NCBI RefSeq assembly: GCF_004799395.1
Contig: NZ_SSMZ01000080.1
Location: 5,705-69,704, forward strand
Direction: 5' to 3'
DNA from: Phenylobacterium sp.
GTDB lineage: Bacteria > Pseudomonadota > Alphaproteobacteria > Caulobacterales > Caulobacteraceae
Length of the DNA stretch: 64,000 bases
Shown here: positions 19,769-28,283 of the stretch, in pieces
Layout of the letters: each line of letters opens with the position of its first letter
Numbering within the stretch: the stretch's first letter is position 1
Notes under the pieces: generated by a model
What the model was told of the DNA's origin: nothing
The model's input: the letters and a program-made list of their open reading frames with translations, nothing else
Databases searched by the model: none
Program-made: the position numbers and the translations under genes

Positions 19769-20974
19769 ATGCCGAAGGATAAGCTGACCGCCGGCGAGGC
19801 TCGCCGCATGGCGCTCGCCGCCCAGGGATTCGCGGCGCCGCGGCCGGACGGGCCGGTCACCAAGCGCCAGCTGGTCAAGCTGATCGAACGTCTTGGCGTG
19901 GTGCAGATCGACAGCGTCAATGTGGTCAGCCGCACCCACTACCTGCCGGCTTTCGCGCGCCTCGGCGCCTATCCGCGCGAGATGCTGGAGGAGGTCGCCT
20001 GGGCGAAGAAGCGACCGCTGTTCGAATATTGGGCGCACGAGGCCTCGCTGCTGCCGGTTGAGAACCAGCCCCTTTTCCGCTGGCGCATGCAGGACGCTCA
20101 CGATGGCGTCGGCACGTGGAAGGGCGTCGCGCGCTTCCTGCGCGAGCGGCGTGACTTCGTGGACAAGGTGCTGGACGAGATTGGCGCGCGCGGGCCGCGG
20201 TCGGCGTCCGACCTGGAGATGGGCCAGAAGGGTGAGGGCGGCTGGTGGGGCTGGAGCGACGCCAAGCGCGCCGTCGAGTGCCTGTTCTGGACCGGCGAGC
20301 TGACCACCGCCACGCGCCGCGGGACCTTCGAGCGGGTCTACGGCCTACCGGAGAAGGTGCTCCCGAAGGCCATCGTCCAGGCGCCGACGCCGACGCGCGA
20401 GGAGGCGCAGCGCGAACTGCTGCGGATCGCCATCCGCGCCCTGGGCGTCGGCACGGCCTTCGACCTGCGCGACTATTTCCGCATGCCGGTGGCCGACGCC
20501 AAGGCCCGCACCGCCGAACTGGTCGAGGAAGGCTCGCTGATCCCGGTGACGGTGAAGGGCTGGCGCGACGCGGCCTTCATTGACCCTGCAGCCAAACGTC
20601 CGCGCCGGGTGGACGTCCAGGCCCTGCTCTCGCCCTTCGACAACCTGATCTGGTACCGCGAGCGCGCCGAGCGGATGTTCGGCGTCCGCTACCGGATCGA
20701 AATCTACACGCCCGCCCACAAGCGCACCCACGGCTACTACGTCCTGCCGTTCCTGGAGGGCGACGCCCTGACCGCCAAGGTCGACCTGAAGTCCGACCGC
20801 AAGACCGGCGTCCTGATCGTTCAGGCCAGCCACGCCGAGCCCTGGGCCAGTGACGCGACGCCCGTGCGCCTGGCCCAGGAACTGAAGCTGATGGCCGGCT
20901 GGCTGGGGCTTGAGAGCGTGCGCGTGGAGCGGAAGGGGGATTTGGCCGGGGCGCTGGCGGACGCCGTCAGCTAG
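19769..20974 (+). CDS. ycaQ: YcaQ/AlkZ-family (HTH_42) DNA interstrand-crosslink glycosylase
   Basis: VQIDSVNVV (QxD motif), LFEYWAHEASLLP and LLSPFDNLIW...YRIEIYTP...GYYVLPFL motifs. Confidence 0.85.
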   Translation: MPKDKLTAGEARRMALAAQGFAAPRPDGPVTKRQLVKLIERLGVVQIDSVNVVSRTHYLPAFARLGAYPREMLEEVAWAKKRPLFEYWAHEASLLPVENQPLFRWRMQDAHDGVGTWKGVARFLRERRDFVDKVLDEIGARGPRSASDLEMGQKGEGGWWGWSDAKRAVECLFWTGELTTATRRGTFERVYGLPEKVLPKAIVQAPTPTREEAQRELLRIAIRALGVGTAFDLRDYFRMPVADAKARTAELVEEGSLIPVTVKGWRDAAFIDPAAKRPRRVDVQALLSPFDNLIWYRERAERMFGVRYRIEIYTPAHKRTHGYYVLPFLEGDALTAKVDLKSDRKTGVLIVQASHAEPWASDATPVRLAQELKLMAGWLGLESVRVERKGDLAGALADAVS

Positions 20975-21480
20975 GGTCCAGGGACGCGCAGCTCGTCGCC
21001 AGCGACGTCGAGAATCCAGGTCTTGCCGTCGGAGGACTTGGCCACCTCGAAATGGATCCGATCGGCGCCCGCAAATTGATTGACGTTGCGGGTCCAACTC
21101 ACGCCGGTGGCGGTCCTCTCCTGACTGAGGAAGGTCCAGACGGGGCCGTCGATGGTCAACTCGCCCGGGGCGCCGTCCACCAATCCGTCTCCAGAGACGA
21201 TCTGGGTGCGCCACTTGCCGCGCACCGCGGTGGGCAAGAAGATGGTCATCGCGCCCGGCACGCCGGCCAACGCTTGCTGACAGGCGAAATTGACGCCGAC
21301 GCGGCCGCAGCTGTTGACCATCCCGACGCTCAGCGGCAGGCCGACCGGCGTGGGCATCACCACCTTCCACGCGCCCTCGTAGAGCTGGAGCGGCGAATAG
21401 TCCGGGGCATCAGCGCTCATGGCGGCGCCGGCGGCGAGCAGAGGCAACAGGGCGGCCAGGACCGGGCGATACATGCCCAC
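20971..21480 (-). CDS. Secreted hypothetical beta-rich protein
   Basis: Signal peptide; ends in ...FEVAKSSDGKTW...GDELR, a beta-barrel-like pattern. Confidence 0.7.
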   Translation of the reverse strand: MGMYRPVLAALLPLLAAGAAMSADAPDYSPLQLYEGAWKVVMPTPVGLPLSVGMVNSCGRVGVNFACQQALAGVPGAMTIFLPTAVRGKWRTQIVSGDGLVDGAPGELTIDGPVWTFLSQERTATGVSWTRNVNQFAGADRIHFEVAKSSDGKTWILDVAGDELRVPGP

Positions 21481-21507
21481 ATCCTAGGCCGCCCCGCCAA
21501 GGAAGGG

Positions 21508-21588
21508 CTAGGCCCAACCCTCCGTCTCCGCGCGGATAGGCGTATAGGCGCCGCCGTTCTCGCCAGGCCCGGGTGCTTGCCTTCCTCG
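21508..21588 (-). pseudogene. Decayed duplicate of the last ~27 codons of the ABC exporter gene (23908..23989)
   Basis: Manual alignment gives about 64/82 identical nt with one 1-nt deletion. It encodes EEGKH...GGAY...TEGWA* as the live gene does. Confidence 0.85.
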
Positions 21589-21617
21589 CAGCGTACCCTT
21601 TGGGGGAGCGGCGGGTG

Positions 21618-22697
21618 TCAGAACAGCGACCGCACCCGCTTCAGGGGGTCGTAGCCGTCCTTGCAGGTCGCTTTGATCGCCACCCACTCGGTGGGGGTGA
21701 AGGCCGTGGCGCCCGGCTTGGCGCGAGCGCGGCTGACGGCGGCGCGGCGCTGGCTGTCGGGGTGGTCGGAGATCAACTCCTTCACCGCCCCGGCGTTCTT
21801 GCTCTCAGAGGTGTTCACCAGGCGCTGAAAAAAGGGCGCCATGCCCTGCGACGACAGGCCCTGTTCTGTGAGCAGGTCTTGGCCAGCCGCGTCGGCCTCC
21901 GCCTCGGAGGCGCGGCCGTAGCGCAGATTGGTCGAGGACCCGAGCAGCAGCACGGCCTGCTGGCCCGCGCCCGTGCCGCCACCCACCACGGCGTCGAGCA
22001 GTACGCCGAAGCCGAACGAACGCCAGACGGCCTGCATCACGTGTCGTTTCTCCACGTGGGCGGCTTCATGGGCGATCACCGCCGACAGCTCGGCGGGATC
22101 GGCGGCGAGCGCGATCAGTTGATCGGTGACCATGATGGTCCCGCCGGGCAGGGCGAAGGCGTTGACCATCGGGGCATGCACGGCGCGGACGCGGATGTCG
22201 AAGGGCGTGCCCGAAGTCTTGCCCAGCCGCTGCCCAAGGCCGTGGAGCGCCGCCTGGCCGGCGACGCCTTTGCAGGCGGGAAACGCCAGCGATACTTGGC
22301 CGCCAAGGTTGCGCCCGATCTTGCGCTCGAGGTCCGGCGGCGTCGCGCGGGCCAGCGGCCCCGAGGCGGCGGGGATGCCGACGAACACCACGCCCGCGAT
22401 CACCGCCGCCGAGGTGGCCAGCGCGCCGACCAGCCAAAGCTCGCGCCGGCGCACCGCGCGATGGTGGCGGACGGCGTGTTCGGTGAGATCGCGCCAGTCG
22501 GACAGCGCGATGCTGAGCCGCGCTGGATCGTCGCCGGCTCGCGCCACCCGCACCCGGTCGTCGACCATCTCCACGCGCACGGTCTCCAGCGGCCAGCGCT
22601 GCTCGCCATCTGCGTGGAACACCAAGACCTCGTCCTCGACCCACACTTTGACGGGCCGCGACGCGGTGGTGCGGCCGTCGTGGAATCGCGCCTCCAC
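21618..22697 (-). CDS. M48 family zinc metallopeptidase
   Basis: NAFALPGG, AHEAAH, EAEAD and SDHP motifs; GTG start 4 nt after the yjgN stop. Confidence 0.9.
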   Translation of the reverse strand: MEARFHDGRTTASRPVKVWVEDEVLVFHADGEQRWPLETVRVEMVDDRVRVARAGDDPARLSIALSDWRDLTEHAVRHHRAVRRRELWLVGALATSAAVIAGVVFVGIPAASGPLARATPPDLERKIGRNLGGQVSLAFPACKGVAGQAALHGLGQRLGKTSGTPFDIRVRAVHAPMVNAFALPGGTIMVTDQLIALAADPAELSAVIAHEAAHVEKRHVMQAVWRSFGFGVLLDAVVGGGTGAGQQAVLLLGSSTNLRYGRASEAEADAAGQDLLTEQGLSSQGMAPFFQRLVNTSESKNAGAVKELISDHPDSQRRAAVSRARAKPGATAFTPTEWVAIKATCKDGYDPLKRVRSLF

Positions 22698-22701
22698 CGG
22701 A

Positions 22702-23799
22702 TCAGATCGTGGCGATGCCAAAGGCGTCGGCGATGCCCTCGCCGAAACGCGGCGGGAGCCCCTGAGCCTGGCCGATCGCATTGAGGTCGGCGCCGCCGCT
22801 GGTTTCCAGCCGACCGATCAGGAACTTCCGGGTGCGCGCCTCGACGAAGGGCATGAGGAGGCCCAGGGTGATGGTCAGGAAGAAGATGTTGCTGAGCGTC
22901 AGCCCGGCCATGTCGAACCACTTCACCCGCAGCTTGAACCGCACATCGCCAAACCCGATGCCCGAGACGACCGAACGCAGGATCGCGGCGTGGAAGGGCG
23001 AAAAGACCACCGAATAGGCGAGCGCCAGCAGGAACGCGGCGGCGTAGATCACCTCCATCTCCGCCAGCGTCGGCGTTGGCGATCCGCCAGCCTTCAACTG
23101 CGGGGCCATGGCGCCGGTGATCACAACAATGAAGACGACGTAGCCGATGATTCCGAAGATCCAGCCGACCGTGTAGGCGCCGTAGATCTTCTCCCTGCGC
23201 GCCTCGTCGATGCGGAATTCGAAGTCACGATCCCCGAAGCTCAGGCCGCCCCAGAGCCGGCCCGACAGCCGCCGCTCGGCCGCCGGCCAGAACCAGCCCA
23301 AGGTGATGGCGCTCAGCAACATGTAGCCCAGCCAGGCGAGACCGAAGCTGCGGGCCGAGCCGCGAATATTGAAGCGCACGCCCCGCCAGGATGAGCGCGT
23401 GGCGAGATAGCGGAAGGCGGTGAAACGTCCGAGGCCGACGATGAAGAACAGGAAGAAATAGAACGGCAGGATCACCACCAGGGTGAAGAGCGGTCCCAGG
23501 AACTGCGCGCCGAACACCAGGCACAGGAACGGCAGGGCGATCACGACCAGGGCCAGCAGGAAGCCCACGAACAGCTCCACGCCGCGGCCGGTGTATTCGA
23601 AGGCCTCGTCGTTCAGATAGGTCGTCGCCCACAGTCGCCGGCGAACCTCGGTCTTGCCCCAGAAACGGTAGAGCGTGAGCGTAATGAGGTTCAGCAGGCC
23701 GTTGCGCAGGCTGAGCCAGGCGAACGACTTGAGCTGGCCGCGCTGCGACAGCACGACGGGACCTTCGCCGCCGGCGGCGGCTGGCATAGCGTCAGACAT
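22702..23799 (-). CDS. YjgN/DUF898 family inner-membrane protein
   Basis: NGLLNLITLTLYRFWGKTEVRRRLW and FEYTGRGVELFVGF motifs; multi-TM; paired with an M48 peptidase. Confidence 0.88.
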   Translation of the reverse strand: MSDAMPAAAGGEGPVVLSQRGQLKSFAWLSLRNGLLNLITLTLYRFWGKTEVRRRLWATTYLNDEAFEYTGRGVELFVGFLLALVVIALPFLCLVFGAQFLGPLFTLVVILPFYFFLFFIVGLGRFTAFRYLATRSSWRGVRFNIRGSARSFGLAWLGYMLLSAITLGWFWPAAERRLSGRLWGGLSFGDRDFEFRIDEARREKIYGAYTVGWIFGIIGYVVFIVVITGAMAPQLKAGGSPTPTLAEMEVIYAAAFLLALAYSVVFSPFHAAILRSVVSGIGFGDVRFKLRVKWFDMAGLTLSNIFFLTITLGLLMPFVEARTRKFLIGRLETSGGADLNAIGQAQGLPPRFGEGIADAFGIATI

Positions 23800-23907
23800 G
23801 TGAAATTCCCCCCGAAATTCTGCCGGGAGGATCACACGGCTTTTTTCAAAGCGCTACCACGAGTTGCGGCTCCGGAGACAACCCGCGAGACGGCAGAGGG
23901 CTGAGCC

Positions 23908-25695
23908 CTAAGCCCAACCCTCCGTCACCGCGTGCAGGCGGGCGTAGGCGCCGCCCTTCTGCACCAGTTCGGCATGCTTGCCTTCCTCGACGATGCGGCC
24001 GTCCTCGAAGACCAGGATGCGGTCGGCCCCGCGAATGGTCGACAGGCGGTGGGCGATGACGATGGTGGTGCGGCCGACCATAAGCTCCTCCATAGCCGCC
24101 TGCACCTGCCGCTCGGTCTCCACGTCGAGCGATGAGGTGGCCTCGTCGAGCACCAGGATCGGGGCGTCGGCCAGGAAGGCGCGGGCGATCGCCACCCGCT
24201 GGCGCTCGCCGCCTGACAGCTTCACGCCGCGCTCGCCCACCAGCGTGCGATAGCCCTGCGGCAGGCGCAGGATGAAGTCGTGGGCCCGCGCCCGCATGGC
24301 GGCGAGTTCGACCTCGTCCTGCGTGGCGTCGGGCCGGGCGTAGGCGATGTTCTCCGACAGGCTGCGGTGGAACAGCGCCGGGTCCTGCGGCACCACGGCG
24401 ATGGCGCGGCGAAGCGAGCCCTGGCTGACCTGGGCGATGTCCTGCCCGTCCACCAGGATCTGGCCGCCGTCCACGTCGTAGAGGCGCTGGATCAGCTTCA
24501 CGAAGGTCGACTTGCCCGCCCCCGTCGGCCCGACCAGCGCCACCCGCTCGCCCGGCGCGATGCGCAGGGTGAAGTTGTCGTAGAGGGGCGTCGCGGCGGA
24601 CTTGTAGCGGAACACCACCCGGTCGAAGACGATCTCGCCTAGGTCGGCGCGGAACGGCCGGGCGTCGGCGGCGTCGATCACCTGCGGGTCCATGGTCGCG
24701 TAGCGGGCCACGTCCTCGGCGTCGTCGAGGCCCTTTTGCGTCATGCGGATGTTGTCGCCGATGTTGCGCAGGTAACCGGTCATCAGCATGAAGGCGGTGA
24801 TCACGAAGGCCACGTCGCCGGGGGTCGCTTGGCCCTTCACCCACAGCCGCAGCAGCAGGCCCGTCAGCCCCGCCTGCAACACCACCAGCATCATGTTGTG
24901 CATCAGCCAGATGTCGGTGAAGCGGTTCCAGGTCCGGTTGGCCGCCCGGCGCCACAGGTCGGTGACGCCGGCCACCCGGGCTTCTTCCCGCGCTTCGGCC
25001 CCGAAGCTCTTCACAGTCGGGTTGGACGAAATGGAGTCGGCCAGCGCCCCGCCGATGCGGCTGTCCAGCGCCACCGAGCGCAGGTTCGCCGGTCGCGCAT
25101 AGAGGTTGGTCGTGACGATGTTGGAGACGATGTAGAGCGTGACCATCGCGGTGGAGAACAATCCCACCATCGGCCAGCGCACCGCCATCATCACGCACAG
25201 GCCCACCAGCACGATGATCGCGGGGCCCAGGAACACCAAGGCCGCGTCGGAGACGTTGTCGTAGCCCCACATGGCGCGGCTCAGCCGGCGCACCGTCGCC
25301 CCGGCGAACATGTCGGCGTGCCAGTCGGCGCTGAACGACTGGACCCTCTTGAAGCCCTCGTCGGTCATCTCCTTCATGTTGGAGGAGGCGAGCGGAATCC
25401 AGAACCGCATGGACAGGTTGCGGATCAGCGAGAAGGCGAAATAGACGCCTACGAACGCCGCCCAGGCGCGCCAGGCTCCGGCGGCGTTGGACTGGCCATG
25501 GGTCACTGCATCCACCAGCCTCCCCGACGCCCAGGGGGTCGCCAGGTCGAAGGCGATGGCGGCGATGACGAAGCTGACAGTGCCGGTGAGCAGCCAGGGA
25601 CGACGCAGCCAGAACCGCGCGATGAAGCCCAGCACCTGGCTGTTCTTCAGCACCCTGTCTTTCTGGTCTTCGGTATCCTCGTAGTGATCGGTCAT
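23908..25695 (-). CDS. ABC exporter, fused TMD-NBD (ABCB-like)
   Basis: Six TM segments; Walker A GPTGAGKST, signature LSGGERQR and Walker B LVLDEATS. Start trimmed to MTDHYED. Confidence 0.93.
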   Translation of the reverse strand: MTDHYEDTEDQKDRVLKNSQVLGFIARFWLRRPWLLTGTVSFVIAAIAFDLATPWASGRLVDAVTHGQSNAAGAWRAWAAFVGVYFAFSLIRNLSMRFWIPLASSNMKEMTDEGFKRVQSFSADWHADMFAGATVRRLSRAMWGYDNVSDAALVFLGPAIIVLVGLCVMMAVRWPMVGLFSTAMVTLYIVSNIVTTNLYARPANLRSVALDSRIGGALADSISSNPTVKSFGAEAREEARVAGVTDLWRRAANRTWNRFTDIWLMHNMMLVVLQAGLTGLLLRLWVKGQATPGDVAFVITAFMLMTGYLRNIGDNIRMTQKGLDDAEDVARYATMDPQVIDAADARPFRADLGEIVFDRVVFRYKSAATPLYDNFTLRIAPGERVALVGPTGAGKSTFVKLIQRLYDVDGGQILVDGQDIAQVSQGSLRRAIAVVPQDPALFHRSLSENIAYARPDATQDEVELAAMRARAHDFILRLPQGYRTLVGERGVKLSGGERQRVAIARAFLADAPILVLDEATSSLDVETERQVQAAMEELMVGRTTIVIAHRLSTIRGADRILVFEDGRIVEEGKHAELVQKGGAYARLHAVTEGWA

Positions 25696-25876
25696 TGGAG
25701 CAGCTCGAAATTCCGGCGGCGGCGAGCCGCGAATGTCCTTGTCGGGACGGCGGCGCGGGCGCGGATGAATGGATCCTGGCGGAGCGGGGGTTGGCAAACC
25801 CCGGCGGGCCACGGGCGCGCGGAAGCGCTTCGAAAATCGGGCCGATGGAGCCCTCAGACGAAGCAGTCCGGTTGAG

Positions 25877-25936
25877 TTATAAGCGCGGCGGCGGCCCGGC
25901 GCACGGTCGCGGAGTGGCGGTGGTGAATAGCTTCAT
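25877..25936 (-). CDS. Putative 19-aa leader peptide MKLFTTATPRPCAGPPPRL
   Basis: SD CAGGAGGGG just upstream of the ATG, and a TTGACG-N17-TAGATT promoter about 35 nt upstream. Lies 181 nt before the ABC exporter start. Confidence 0.7.
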   Translation of the reverse strand: MKLFTTATPRPCAGPPPRL

Positions 25937-25970
25937 CTTGCCCCTCCTGTTCGCGTGGCTGAGATCTCGG

Positions 25971-25999
25971 AATCTAAGCGCGGCCCAGTGGAGCGTCAA
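25971..25999 (-). promoter_or_regulatory. sigma70 promoter of the leader/ABC exporter transcript
   Basis: Minus strand -35 TTGACG (25999-25994), 17-nt spacer, -10 TAGATT (25976-25971). Confidence 0.7.
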
Positions 26000-26013
26000 G
26001 GCGAGCGCAGCGC

Positions 26014-26132
26014 TTCCCTCGCCTTTATGGGGAGGGTGGCCCGCGGAACACAGTTCGGTAGCCGGGTGAGGATGTGTGGGCCAGGCTCGACCGGCTAGCG
26101 CAGGCCAGCCCCTCCCCATAAAGGGGAGGGAG
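26014..26132. repeat. Palindromic intergenic repeat (CIR/RIME-like)
   Basis: Arms TTCCCTCGCCTTTATGGGGAGGG (26014-26036) and CCCTCCCCATAAAGGGGAGGGAG (26110-26132), complementary at 21/23 positions. Confidence 0.75.
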
Positions 26133-27152
26133 ATGACGACTTCCGCACCGCTTCCTGACGCCATGCCGACCAACTGGGTCGATCGGTTCGCGCCGAGCGC
26201 GATCCGGCCCTGGCTGAAGATCGGGCGGTTCGACCGGCCTGTGGGGATCTGGCTGCTGATGCTGCCCGGCTGGCAGGGGATCGCGCTGGCCGACGCCATG
26301 GAGCACAGGGAGCCGAACCTTGGGCTGATGGGCCTGGTGGCGCTGGGCGCGGCGCTGATGCGCGCGGCGGGCTGCGCCTACAACGACATCGTCGACCGCG
26401 ATATCGACGCCAAGGTGGCGCGCACCGCAATGCGGCCGATCCCGGCGGGCCAGATCAGCGTCAAGCAGGCCTGGATCTTCGTGATCGCCTGCTGCCTGGT
26501 CTCTCTGACCATATTGCTCAGTCTGCCGCCGACGGCGGTGGTTCTGGGCGCGGCGTCGCTCGTCCTGGTGGCGGCCTACCCGTTCATGAAGCGGATCACC
26601 TGGTGGCCGCAGGCGTGGCTGGGCCTGACCTTCAACTGGGGCGCCTTGCTGGGCTTCGCGGCGGCCACCGGCGCGGGGCCGCAGTTCTGGCGCGGCATGG
26701 CCCCCTATGTGATCGAGACCGGCAACTGGCGGATCCTGAACCTGGCCCTGACCGACAGCACGCTGAAATGGCCAGCCGTGCTGCTTTACGCCTCGGGCGT
26801 GTTCTGGACCCTGGGCTACGACACGATTTACGCGATCCAGGACCTTGAGGACGACGCCCTGGCCGGGGTCAAATCGTCCGCGCGCCGGTTGGGGACGCGC
26901 GCGCCGCTGGCCATCCTCGGCTTCTACCTCGCCGCCTCGGCGATCCTGATCGGCATGGGCGCCGCGGCCGGCCTGGGCCCTCTCTTCTACTTCGGCCTGA
27001 TGGCCTACGGGGTGCAGCTCTGCTCTCAGGCGCGCAAGGTGCGCCTCGACGACGGGCCGCTGGCGCTCAGGCTCTTCAAGTCCAACGCCTGGGCCGGCCT
27101 GATCCTGGTCCTGGCCATCGTGGCCGGGACCCGGTTCATCATCCCGTCGTAG
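26133..27152 (+). CDS. ubiA: 4-hydroxybenzoate polyprenyltransferase
   Basis: RFDRPVGIWLL, GCAYNDIVDRDIDAKVART and YDTIYAIQDLEDD motifs. Confidence 0.95.
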   Translation: MTTSAPLPDAMPTNWVDRFAPSAIRPWLKIGRFDRPVGIWLLMLPGWQGIALADAMEHREPNLGLMGLVALGAALMRAAGCAYNDIVDRDIDAKVARTAMRPIPAGQISVKQAWIFVIACCLVSLTILLSLPPTAVVLGAASLVLVAAYPFMKRITWWPQAWLGLTFNWGALLGFAAATGAGPQFWRGMAPYVIETGNWRILNLALTDSTLKWPAVLLYASGVFWTLGYDTIYAIQDLEDDALAGVKSSARRLGTRAPLAILGFYLAASAILIGMGAAAGLGPLFYFGLMAYGVQLCSQARKVRLDDGPLALRLFKSNAWAGLILVLAIVAGTRFIIPS

Positions 27153-27205
27153 GGCGACGCCGCGTCAGTCTGTTGCGCGGCCGCTTGCGGCGCTACAATC
27201 CCAAA

Positions 27206-28177
27206 ATGGCCGTTGCGACCCGCGTCGATCCGAAGAGCTATTTCGCGCCTCACGAATGGGCGCCCCTGGCGCGCCGTTCGCGCTGGACGGGCCTGGCGCT
27301 GCTGGCCCACGCCTGGATCGTCATCGGCCTGGCGATGGCCGCCGCGGTCGCTGCGCCCGGGTGGTGGAAGCTTATCGCCATCCCGCTGGCCATCGTGGTC
27401 ATCGGTGGCCGCCAACTGGGGGTGGCGATCCTGATGCACGACGCGGCGCACGCCGCCCTGCACCCGAACCTCAAGGTCAATGACTGGGTCGGCAATCACC
27501 TGACCACCGGCGGGCTGATCGACTACCGGAACTACCACCTGGCGCATCACAAATACGCCCAGCAGGCGGAGGATCCGGACCTGGTGCTTTCGGCGCCCTT
27601 CCCGATCACGCCCACGTCCCTGCGCCGCAAGATCCTGCGCGACCTGACCGGCCAGACCTATTGGAAGCAGCGCTGGTCGAGCCTGGCGAAACGTATCGCG
27701 AACCGCAAGCCCGGCGAGCCGCTGTGGCCGATGCTCAAGGACGCGGCCTACGCGCGCCGCCGCTTCCTGACCGGCATGGCGGTGACCGTCGCGGTCACGG
27801 CCCCCTTTGGCTATTGGTGGGTTTGGCCGGTGCTGTGGCTGGTCCCGCAGGCCACCTGGCTGCCGATGATCACCCGGCTGCGCAACATCGCCGAGCACGC
27901 CTGCGTGGCCAAGGATGAGCCGGACCCGCTCCGCCACGCGCGCACCACGCGCGCCAACTGGCTCGAGCGGGCGGTGATCGCGCCCTATTTCGTGAACTAC
28001 CACTGCGAGCACCACATGTTCATGCATGTGCCCTGCTACAACCTGCCCCGCGCCCACCGCCTGCTGAAGGCCAAGGGCGTGATGGACGGCATGCTGACCG
28101 CGCCGGGCTATGTGAGCGTGCTCAGGACCGCCAGCGCCAAGGCGGCCGCTCCGCACCCTGCCATCGCGGCGGCCTGA
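27206..28177 (+). CDS. Membrane fatty-acid desaturase family protein
   Basis: Three His boxes: HDAAH, HLAHH and HCEHH. Confidence 0.88.
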   Translation: MAVATRVDPKSYFAPHEWAPLARRSRWTGLALLAHAWIVIGLAMAAAVAAPGWWKLIAIPLAIVVIGGRQLGVAILMHDAAHAALHPNLKVNDWVGNHLTTGGLIDYRNYHLAHHKYAQQAEDPDLVLSAPFPITPTSLRRKILRDLTGQTYWKQRWSSLAKRIANRKPGEPLWPMLKDAAYARRRFLTGMAVTVAVTAPFGYWWVWPVLWLVPQATWLPMITRLRNIAEHACVAKDEPDPLRHARTTRANWLERAVIAPYFVNYHCEHHMFMHVPCYNLPRAHRLLKAKGVMDGMLTAPGYVSVLRTASAKAAAPHPAIAAA

Positions 28178-28228
28178 CTTCCCTTTCCGCGTCCCGGACG
28201 ACCGGCGAAATGGCGCCTTGACCGCATA

Positions 28229-28270
28229 GACTACGCATGTAAATCACTCTCGGAATTACAGTCGTAGTTC
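28229..28270. promoter_or_regulatory. Paired BlaI/MecI/CopY-type operator boxes
   Basis: ACTACGCATGTAAA and AATTACAGTCGTAGTT are each one mismatch from TACA-N2-TGTA, just downstream of TTGACC (28218-28223). Confidence 0.55.
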
Positions 28271-28283
28271 GGAGACGCCCGTC

